48,826 nt of DNA from IMG/VR virus record IMGVR_UViG_3300042691_051905, one strand, 5' to 3'. This document shows positions 32,540 through 39,434 of this stretch, in pieces; position 1 is the first letter of the stretch, and the number at the start of each line of letters is the position of its first letter. The position numbers and the translations under genes are program-made. This DNA is from a virus. The notes beneath the pieces were generated by a model that did not search any database, had not been told where the DNA came from, and worked only from the letters and a program-made list of their open reading frames with translations.

Positions 32540-33442
32540 ATGCTGCTGACGTTACTCTCTTCTGCCCCGGTCGCAGGCCAGGCAGCGGGCGCAGCGGCCG
32601 GAACCTCTTTCGCGAGCGCCTCCGGCGCCTCGATCGCGGCGGCGACCGGTGCCTCCGCCGGCGCGGCATCGGTTTCAGCCACCAGCGGCGCGGCCGGTAG
32701 CATCGCCTCCGCCTCCGGCACCTCCACCGGCGCGGGTTCGGCCTCGGCGGTGGGCGCTTCCATCCGTGCGGCATCCGGCTCAGTGCCGGCCGTGGCTTCC
32801 GCGAGCGCCGCCGGCGCCTCGATCGCGGCGGCGGGCGGCACCTCTGCCGCCGCGGCCTCGGTTTCGGCCACGGGGGGCGCGGCCGGCAGCATCGCCTCCG
32901 CCTCCGGCACCTCCACCGGCGCGGGCGCTGCTTCGGCGGCGGGCGCTTCCATCCGTGCGGCCTCCGGCTCAGTGCCGGCCGTGGCTTCCGCGAGCGCCAC
33001 CGGCGCCTCGATTGCGGCGGCGGCCGGCTCCTCTGCCGCCTCTGCCTCGGTTTCGGGCGCCAGCGGCGCGGGCGGCAGCATCGCCTCCGCCTCCGGCTCC
33101 TCTGCCGGCGCGGCGGCCGCTTCCGGCTCGGGCGCCTCGATCCGCGCGGCATCCGGCTCAGTGCCGGGCGCATCTTCCGCGAGCGCCGCCGGCGCCTCGA
33201 TCCGGGCCTCTGCCGGCGCCTCTGCCGGCGCGGCTTTTGCCTCGGCAGCGGGCGCATCGATCCGGGCGGCATCCGGATCCGCCGCGGGCACCGCAACGGC
33301 TTCCGCCAGCGGGCGCACGGCGGCCGGCGGGGTGCTGGCGTGGGTCAACGGGCAATGGGTCAACAAGCCCCTTCTGCTCTATCACGCCGGCGCGTGGCGG
33401 CTCCTCCCCGTGCGCATCTGGCGTTCCGGCGCCTGGCAATAA
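32540..33442 (+). CDS. Ala/Ser/Gly-rich tandem-repeat protein with a Trp-rich C-terminal domain
   Basis: 300 aa. AGGAG lies 9 nt upstream of ATG 32540. It has 63-aa repeats and a non-repetitive C-terminus (VLAWVNGQWVNKPLLLYHAGAWRLLPVRIWRSGAWQ). Several overlapping frames on both strands are also open across the repeats. Confidence 0.5.
   Translation: MLLTLLSSAPVAGQAAGAAAGTSFASASGASIAAATGASAGAASVSATSGAAGSIASASGTSTGAGSASAVGASIRAASGSVPAVASASAAGASIAAAGGTSAAAASVSATGGAAGSIASASGTSTGAGAASAAGASIRAASGSVPAVASASATGASIAAAAGSSAASASVSGASGAGGSIASASGSSAGAAAASGSGASIRAASGSVPGASSASAAGASIRASAGASAGAAFASAAGASIRAASGSAAGTATASASGRTAAGGVLAWVNGQWVNKPLLLYHAGAWRLLPVRIWRSGAWQ
32612..33300. repeat. 189-bp tandem repeat, about 3.6 copies
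   Basis: The anchor GCGAGCGCC recurs at 32612, 32801, 32990 and 33179, an exact 189-bp (63-codon) period. Confidence 0.9.
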
Positions 33443-33503
33443 AATCAAGGCCGGCGCGGCCCCTCGCCGCGCCGTGAACCCTCTTCAAACCGGGATCACC
33501 CCC

Positions 33504-33809
33504 ATGCCCATTCTTCTCATCGTGCTGGCCCTGGCCAGCGCCATCGCCCCGGCGCGCGCCCATTCCTTCTATCCTATCGAGTGCTGCAGCGAGGTCGATT
33601 GCTTTCCCGTCCCCGTGCCTCGCACCGAGATCGAGCGCATGCCTGAAGGCTGGCGCCTGAAAAAAGAGGGCATCACCATCCCCTTCGAGGCCGCGCGGCC
33701 CTCCCCCGATGGCCAGTTTCACCTCTGCCGGGATGAGTTGGGCAAGGGCAAGCTGATCATTCCCTATGGCCGCCCGCCCTGCCTGTGGGCGCCGGAGGGT
33801 GATGGCTGA
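33504..33809 (+). CDS. Secreted Cys-rich small protein
   Basis: 101 aa. A signal peptide (MPILLIVLALASAIAPARA) is followed by HSFYPIECCSEVDCFPV. Confidence 0.6.
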   Translation: MPILLIVLALASAIAPARAHSFYPIECCSEVDCFPVPVPRTEIERMPEGWRLKKEGITIPFEAARPSPDGQFHLCRDELGKGKLIIPYGRPPCLWAPEGDG

Positions 33810-33919
33810 TGATGTCGCACCTCTTCACCCCGCCGCCCGAGCATGAGCGCGGGCCATCGCCCCGCGCCTTCATCCTGATTTTCGGGATCGTCGCGGTGCT
33901 GATTTCCCTCTGCGTGTGA
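33809..33919 (+). CDS. Possible 36-aa single-TM peptide
   Basis: MMSHLFTPPPEHERGPSPRAFILIFGIVAVLISLCV. Its ATG overlaps the upstream TGA. Short, so uncertain. Confidence 0.3.
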   Translation: MMSHLFTPPPEHERGPSPRAFILIFGIVAVLISLCV

Positions 33920-33925
33920 GGTTGC

Positions 33926-35293
33926 ATGCCCAAGATCGAGATGAACAAGCCGCTTTCCCGCGAGGATGCCGAAGCGACCGTGCGCGCGGTGGAAGCGGCG
34001 GTTGCGGCCGGGGCCCTCTGGCCGGCGCCGAAGGGCGCTCCCCGCCGGTCGGCGGCGGTGGAGGCGGCCGCCGCGCTCGGCATTTCTCCCAACGCCGTCA
34101 GCATCCGCCTGCGCCGTGCCCATGAGCTTTACGGCCTTGCGCCGAACGGGGTTGTCGCGCCGGGGCGCAAGCCGCCCGCCGCAAAACCAAAGCCCGAAAG
34201 CCCTCCCCCCATGCCGCGCGAGGAGCGCGAAATTCTTCGTCTGCGCGACGATCTGGCCGATATGCGCCGGCGCCTCGAGGCCGCGCACCGCGAGAACATG
34301 GAATCGGCCGCGCTGGCCGAGATCATCGGCGGGCTTATCGCCGAGCCTGCGAGCCCGCCGGAATGGCTGATGCCGCCGGTGGAGGACTCCACATCCAGCC
34401 CCCACGTTCCCGTTGCTCCATTTTCGGACTGGCACGGCAGCGAAACTGTGGAGGCTGATGCGATTCGCGGCCTCAACGCCTATTCCGTGGCCGTGATGGA
34501 GCGCCGCGTGCAGCGGCTCACGAAGAAGATCATCCGCCTTTGCCGTGATTACGGGCCCGGCAATTATCCCGGCCTCGTGGTTCCGTTGCTGGGCGATTTT
34601 GTTTCGGGCGGTCTGCATCCTGAATTGCTCAAGACCGACGAAATGCGCATCCTGCCTTCGATCCTGAAGCTGCGCGACATCCTGCTCGGCGCGCTTCTGG
34701 CACTTGCCGATGAATTCGGCCTCGTGTTCGTGCCTTGCGTTTCAGGCAACCACGGCCGCCTCACCAAGAAGCCCGAGTTCAAGGGCTACCAGCACGAGAA
34801 CGCCGACTGGATGATCTACCAGCTTCTCGCTCGCGCCTTGCGCGATCGCGGCGAGAGGCGGATCATCATCAGCATCCCGCCTTCCAACGAGGCGGAATAC
34901 CGGATCTTCGGCCTGCGCGTTCTGCAGGTGCATGGCGACATGCTGGGCGTGAAGGGTGGTGACGGCATCATCGGCGCCATCGGCCCGATCATGCGCGGCA
35001 AGATGAAGGTCGGCGCGCGCATGCGCTCCTTCGGCGCCGATTTCGATCTCCTGATGATGGGCCATTGGCACCAGGAACTGTTCCTGCCCGGCGTGCTCGT
35101 GGCCAACAGCCTCAAGGGTTATGACGAATATGCGATGAAGGCGCTTTCCGCGCCGTTCTCCTTGCCATCGCAGCCGCTGTTCTTCGTGCATCCGAAGATC
35201 GGCATCACCTCCTATTCCACCATCCTCCTGGAAGACCCGCCCGAGAAGGGCGCGGCCGGCTGGGTGAGCTTTCCGGCGGAGCATGTCGCATGA
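33926..35293 (+). CDS. Calcineurin-like metallophosphoesterase with an N-terminal HTH-like extension
   Basis: 455 aa. The MPE motifs occur in order: SDWHG (DxH), LLGDFVSG (GD), SGNHGR (GNH), VHGD (H) and MGHWHQ (GHxH). The N-terminal region includes AAALGISPNAVSIRLRRAHELYG. Confidence 0.75.
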   Translation: MPKIEMNKPLSREDAEATVRAVEAAVAAGALWPAPKGAPRRSAAVEAAAALGISPNAVSIRLRRAHELYGLAPNGVVAPGRKPPAAKPKPESPPPMPREEREILRLRDDLADMRRRLEAAHRENMESAALAEIIGGLIAEPASPPEWLMPPVEDSTSSPHVPVAPFSDWHGSETVEADAIRGLNAYSVAVMERRVQRLTKKIIRLCRDYGPGNYPGLVVPLLGDFVSGGLHPELLKTDEMRILPSILKLRDILLGALLALADEFGLVFVPCVSGNHGRLTKKPEFKGYQHENADWMIYQLLARALRDRGERRIIISIPPSNEAEYRIFGLRVLQVHGDMLGVKGGDGIIGAIGPIMRGKMKVGARMRSFGADFDLLMMGHWHQELFLPGVLVANSLKGYDEYAMKALSAPFSLPSQPLFFVHPKIGITSYSTILLEDPPEKGAAGWVSFPAEHVA

Positions 35294-36018
35294 GCAAAAT
35301 CGTCATCGGCCTCACCGGCCTTGCCGGCGCCGGCAAGAGCACGGCCGCGCAATTCCTGGTGGATGCGCATGATTTCACCCGCATGCCTTTCGCCGCCCCC
35401 CTGAAGCGGATGGCGCTCGACCTCGGCTTTACCGAGGACGAGATCGGGCCGGGCAAGGAGCAGCTTTTTGATTGGGGCTCGCTCCCCCCTTCGCTCGCCC
35501 TCCCCCGAGCCATGCGCGCCATGGGCCGGATCGTGCCGCTTGGCTGGACCTACCCGGATGTTTCCGGCCTGCCGCGCAGCGCCCTCGGCGGCAAATCGGT
35601 CGACGAGACCGTCAACGCCTTGCGGCTCTGGTATGAGACGGATCGCGCGGCATGGAAGACCCCGCGCATTTTTCTGCAGCGCCTCGGCACCGAATGGGGC
35701 CGACAGCGCATCCATTCGGAGATCTGGGTTGAGGCGTGGAAAAGCGCCGTTCAGGCAGAGGAGTGGTGCGAAGGCGTGGCGCTGCCCGTCGTGGCCGATG
35801 ATTGCCGCTTCGAGAACGAGGCGAAGGCCATCCGCGCCATGGGCGGCAAGGTGGTGCGCATCGAGCGCCCGGGCGCCGGCTCGCCCACGGGCGCCGGCCA
35901 CGCCAGCGAAAAGGGCGTGTCGGCGGATATCACCATTCAGAACGATGGTCCGCCGGAGGTTCTGCGCGCCCGCATTCTTGGCGTTCTCGACCGCTATTTC
36001 GCTGCCGAGGCAATCTGA
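35290..36018 (+). CDS. P-loop kinase, phage dNMP-kinase-like
   Basis: 242 aa. Walker A is GLTGLAGAGKST. Also has ..FLQRLGTEWGR.. and ..VVADDCRFENEAKAIRAMGGKVVRIERPG.., as in phage deoxynucleotide monophosphate kinases. ATGA overlap with the upstream gene. Confidence 0.7.
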   Translation: MSKIVIGLTGLAGAGKSTAAQFLVDAHDFTRMPFAAPLKRMALDLGFTEDEIGPGKEQLFDWGSLPPSLALPRAMRAMGRIVPLGWTYPDVSGLPRSALGGKSVDETVNALRLWYETDRAAWKTPRIFLQRLGTEWGRQRIHSEIWVEAWKSAVQAEEWCEGVALPVVADDCRFENEAKAIRAMGGKVVRIERPGAGSPTGAGHASEKGVSADITIQNDGPPEVLRARILGVLDRYFAAEAI

Positions 36019-36046
36019 GCGGCCAGCCTCCCGCAAGCCACAATTC

Positions 36047-36092
36047 GCCCCGACCATTCCGGTGACGCCACCGGAATGGTCGGGGCTTTTTT
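36047..36092 (+). terminator. Strong intrinsic terminator ending the late operon
   Basis: A perfect 18-bp stem (36047..36064 pairs with 36069..36086) with a 4-nt loop, followed by TTTTTT at 36087..36092. Confidence 0.9.
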
Positions 36093-36350
36093 GCGTTTTG
36101 GGATACAGCATTTCACAACATCGCGCCGCCGCCTGCACCAAGATATTGACAGATCAGCGCAAAAATCAAACACCTGCCCATCCATCATCGGCGCAAGGGA
36201 AAAGCGCCACGCATTGAAATCATTTGATTTTTCTTTCTTCTCAACAGGGTGCGCCGTCTGCCCCCTTGTGCGTTCTTGCGACATTCGTTGCCATCCTTGC
36301 GCATTTGTGAGTATTGATACAACACATGTTGTGACAAAACCCCGGATGTT
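36093..36350. other. Candidate attP region with integrase arm-type repeats
   Basis: An AT-richer non-coding stretch upstream of int. The 9-mer ATGTTGTGA occurs at 36326..36334 and 36346..36354, with an inverted copy (TCACAACAT) at 36113..36121. A small dyad, AAATCA-TT-TGATTT, lies near 36217..36230. Confidence 0.45.
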
Positions 36351-37436
36351 GTGATCGTGGGAACCATCATCGAGCGGAAGCGCAAGGACGGCTCGATTGC
36401 CTTTCTCGCGCAGATCATGATGAAGCGCGGGGGCAAAGTCCATCGCGAGTCCAAAACCTTCGATCGGAAGCCGGCGGCCAGGGCGTGGCTGGAGCGGCGC
36501 GAGAAGGAAATGGAGAGGCCCGGCGCCTTCCTCGGCCGCCCCCCTCGCGTGCCGACGCTGGGTGCCGCCATTGATCGGTATCTTGCCGAAAGCCTTACAG
36601 GTGTCGGCCGCACGAAAGCGCAGGTTCTGCGCGCCATCAAGGCGCATGCGATCGCGGGGACGGCCTGCGATGCCGTGGGGGCGCCGGAGATCATCGCGTT
36701 CGCGCGAGATCTCGCGGCCGATGTGCAACCGCAGACGGTGATGAACTATCTCTCGCACCTCGCGGCGGTGTTTGCCATTGCCCGGCCCGCCTGGGGCTAT
36801 CCGCTCGACGAGCGCGCGATGGATGACGCCATGCGCGTGGCGCGACGGCTGGGCCTGGTGCGGAAATCCGTGCAGCGCGAGCGGCGCCCGACCCTCGACG
36901 AGATGGAGCGCATCATCGGGCATTTCCGCGGCATCCGATCTCGGCGGCGCAACTCAATTCCCATGGCCGCCATCACGCTGTTCGCCCTGTTCTCGACCCG
37001 CCGGCAAGATGAAATCCTGCGCATCACCTGGAGCGATCTTGACGAGGAAGGCTCGCGCGTGCTGGTGCGGGACATGAAGCACCCGGGCCAGAAGATCGGC
37101 AACCACATGTGGTGCGACCTTCCGGCCGAGGCGCTGGCCATCCTTCGCGCCATGCCGCGAACATCCCCCCGCATTTTTCCCTTCAACAAAGATGCGGTGA
37201 GCGCGGCCTTCACGCGGGCCTGCGCCCTCCTCGGCATCGAGGATCTGCATTTTCACGATCTGCGGCACGAGGGGGTTTCGCGCCTGTTTGAAATGGGCCT
37301 GAATATCCCGCATGTCGCCAACGTCTCGGGACATCGCTCCTGGTCATCGCTGAAGCGATACGCTCACCTGCGGCAGGCCGGCGACAAATATGCAGGCTGG
37401 GCCGTGCTTCAAGATGTGCTCGCTGCGCCGTGGTGA
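36351..37436 (+). CDS. int: Tyrosine recombinase / phage integrase
   Basis: 361 aa. The C-terminal catalytic region is HFHDLRHEGVSRLFEMGLNIPHVANVSGHRSWSSLKRYAHL (HxxR...Y). The start is GTG 36351 or GTG 36357. Confidence 0.92.
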   Translation: MIVGTIIERKRKDGSIAFLAQIMMKRGGKVHRESKTFDRKPAARAWLERREKEMERPGAFLGRPPRVPTLGAAIDRYLAESLTGVGRTKAQVLRAIKAHAIAGTACDAVGAPEIIAFARDLAADVQPQTVMNYLSHLAAVFAIARPAWGYPLDERAMDDAMRVARRLGLVRKSVQRERRPTLDEMERIIGHFRGIRSRRRNSIPMAAITLFALFSTRRQDEILRITWSDLDEEGSRVLVRDMKHPGQKIGNHMWCDLPAEALAILRAMPRTSPRIFPFNKDAVSAAFTRACALLGIEDLHFHDLRHEGVSRLFEMGLNIPHVANVSGHRSWSSLKRYAHLRQAGDKYAGWAVLQDVLAAPW

Positions 37437-37666
37437 AGGCCGCTGAGATATATTGCGAGAAGAGCCTCCTGGAAAGACCGGTTTGAATTTGACACATCTG
37501 TAAATATATCGAGGGCAATACCCGTCAATGTTTCTCGAATTTCATCTGGGATTCGAATTGGTTCCATGCCTTGCGGGCGCGGAAGAATACGCGCCTGAAT
37601 AATGGATCTGTGGGCTGGGTAAAGCGGCTTGTCAGCGCGGCTTTTTAGTTTTTTGCGGGTGGTCAT
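37409..37666 (-). CDS. Hypothetical protein, last gene of the leftward operon (AT-rich)
   Basis: 85 aa. ATGA overlap with the upstream gene. Its 3' end overlaps the int 3' end by 28 nt, convergently. The DNA is markedly more AT-rich than the genome. Confidence 0.45.
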   Translation of the reverse strand: MTTRKKLKSRADKPLYPAHRSIIQARILPRPQGMEPIRIPDEIRETLTGIALDIFTDVSNSNRSFQEALLAIYLSGLHHGAASTS

Positions 37667-38223
37667 TCGCAGCTCCTTACTCCCCCAAGGCTCCGAAGAT
37701 CATCGTAACTCTTCGCGGCGTTGGCCACAGCGCGGCCCAGCTGATTGTTTCCCCTGTCGGCCATGTATGCGCGTTGCGCTGCCCTCAAGGCATCCGCGAG
37801 ATCAACAAGTTGCTTTAACCTGGTGTTTTCATTGTGTAGGGCATTGTTGGCTTTCATGATCTCCTGCAGCTCTTTAAAAAGGACGCTTTCGGTTTGGGCC
37901 GTAATCTGCTCTAAAAAATCTTCGTTCATCGCCTTCAACTCCCGGATATGAGCGGTGAGCGCGAGCATGGTCGCGGGGTTGGCCGATGCGATGTAGTCGG
38001 CAATGGCTCGCTGAACTGCGATGGCCTCTTTCTCGCTCAGACCGAGAGCGCCGTGGCCTTGGCCGGTGAGATAACCCCAGCCGCGAATGTCGCAGATGGG
38101 CGTTTCGCCTCCGATCTTCGCGTTGGTAGCGTTCACCCGCAGGCCGATAACGCTGGCGAACCACTCGTCACCGCCCGCCGCCTTCGCTTTGGCTTCCAGA
38201 TCGTCTAGGTCAATCTTGGTCAT
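37663..38223 (-). CDS. Ead/Ea22-like protein (tentative)
   Basis: 186 aa from ATG 38223 (MTKIDLDDLEAKAKAAGGDEWF...ICDIRGWGYLTGQG...), followed by a coiled coil. The longer track ORF has no support upstream. Confidence 0.55.
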   Translation of the reverse strand: MTKIDLDDLEAKAKAAGGDEWFASVIGLRVNATNAKIGGETPICDIRGWGYLTGQGHGALGLSEKEAIAVQRAIADYIASANPATMLALTAHIRELKAMNEDFLEQITAQTESVLFKELQEIMKANNALHNENTRLKQLVDLADALRAAQRAYMADRGNNQLGRAVANAAKSYDDLRSLGGVRSCE

Positions 38224-38348
38224 GGAGCGCGTCCTTTTTCGGCTAATGCCTTTTCTATACGGAGAAGCGCGTCGCGCTGCTGTGTCAGCAATTCGGTAAA
38301 TCCGATGAAACCAAAAAAGATAAAGGTCACGATAAGCCAAAGTCTCAT
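38220..38348 (-). CDS. Small TM peptide (42 aa, below the ORF-track cut-off)
   Basis: MRLWLIVTFIFFGFIGFTELLTQQRDALLRIEKALAEKGRAP. ATGA overlaps at both ends link it to its neighbours. Confidence 0.4.
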   Translation of the reverse strand: MRLWLIVTFIFFGFIGFTELLTQQRDALLRIEKALAEKGRAP

Positions 38349-38662
38349 GCGTCACCTTTGAGCGAGGATGCGGAGAGCATGGCTTTCCAGACAGGCCCGA
38401 TGTAACTGGCGGGCAGAGCACCATCCCCCGCGTTGAATAAAGCCGCGTCACCAGCGTCGATCATCGCGTCTGTCGGCTCCTGCAAAGCTTCACGGATAGC
38501 AGTAATCGCGGCGCAGGCGATCATGGCCCGCTCGGGCCAGCACTTCTCAACCAGAAGATCGATAAGATCGTTTGTGTGAAGCCGCCATGGACTGCGCTGC
38601 GCCGAAAGCTCAAGTCTCGTAAGGTCCTTCGCCACCTTCTTGATCAGTTCGTCCTCACTCAT
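38345..38662 (-). CDS. Hypothetical acidic protein
   Basis: 105 aa. RBS GAGGAGAA. Its start overlaps the end of the SerRS-like gene by 8 nt. Confidence 0.55.
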   Translation of the reverse strand: MSEDELIKKVAKDLTRLELSAQRSPWRLHTNDLIDLLVEKCWPERAMIACAAITAIREALQEPTDAMIDAGDAALFNAGDGALPASYIGPVWKAMLSASSLKGDA

Positions 38663-39434
38663 GGCTATTCTCCTCAGTCAAAAAGTGCGCATCGAGCGCG
38701 AGCGTCAGGCGTGGCAGCGCAAGCGCCGAACCGTTGAGCATGTGAACCTTCTCGTTGCGCCCCCGCTCGTTCTTGAAGCGAACCTGTGCGGGGCGGCTTT
38801 GGTTGTCGGTCATGTTCGAGATCGACGAGACCTCAAGCCACTCTCCGTTGACCAGCAATTCGATATCGATCGTGCTCGCGGAAACCGGAGAACGATCCCA
38901 TTCTGGAAGCTCAACCTTGCGATAAGTCAGGCGGGGGAAGAGATCGTCGATCATCCGGCAGACATAGGCGACCATCTCGACGTGCAACGCGGCGCTATGC
39001 TCCGGCCGGCAGATCACAAAGAGTTCGACCTTGTGGAACTGGTGGACCCGCTTCAACCCCTTGTCGCGCTGCCCACCGGCTCCAGCCTCACGGCGGAAGC
39101 ATGGGGAGAACGCGACGTAGCGCAGCGGCAGCGCCTTCGCCGGGATGATCTCATCCGAGTGCATCCCGACAAGCGGCGTCTCTGCGGTCGGAATGGCAAT
39201 CAGCCCATCCTCGGGTATGGTGTAAAACTGACCCTCGAAGCGCGGCAAGATGCCGGCGTGCTCGGCCGTCTTGCGGTTCACCAGATAGGGCGGGATGACG
39301 AAGGTCCAGCCGCGCGCGATGTGATACCCGATCATCCTGTTGATCAGCTCCCACTCGCGGATGGCATCTCCTCCCGTCAGGAAATAGAACTTCGATCCCG
39401 CGACCTTCGCGCCGCGTTCAAAATCAACGGTCAT
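38655..39434 (-). CDS. Seryl-tRNA synthetase paralogue, class II catalytic core only (no N-terminal tRNA-binding arm)
   Basis: 259 aa. Matching segments are HAGILPRFEGQFY, IAIPTAETPLVG, motif 2 (SPCFRREAGAGGQRDKGLKRVHQFHKVELF), TIDIELLV..LEVSSISNMTDNQSRP, and motif 3 (HMLNGSALALPRLTLAL). It is collinear with the catalytic domain of bacterial SerRS. RBS AGGAGAA. Confidence 0.85.
   Translation of the reverse strand: MTVDFERGAKVAGSKFYFLTGGDAIREWELINRMIGYHIARGWTFVIPPYLVNRKTAEHAGILPRFEGQFYTIPEDGLIAIPTAETPLVGMHSDEIIPAKALPLRYVAFSPCFRREAGAGGQRDKGLKRVHQFHKVELFVICRPEHSAALHVEMVAYVCRMIDDLFPRLTYRKVELPEWDRSPVSASTIDIELLVNGEWLEVSSISNMTDNQSRPAQVRFKNERGRNEKVHMLNGSALALPRLTLALDAHFLTEENSHE

Noticed and set aside
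32497-33503. Alternative reading frames across the 189-bp repeats: 32497..33366 minus (EAPA-rich), 32241..33296 minus, and the 5' part of 32649..33809 plus (PR-rich).
   Set aside because: These frames are open only because the repeat lacks stops in them. The 32540 frame has an AGGAG RBS, matches operon polarity and ends in a non-repetitive domain. Only the last 101 codons of 32649..33809 (from ATG 33504, with a signal peptide) look like a gene.
36076-36354. 92-aa ORF in the int-upstream region.
   Set aside because: It lies in the AT-richer candidate attP and promoter region, has atypical composition and no RBS, and overlaps the terminator T-run and the repeated 9-mers.
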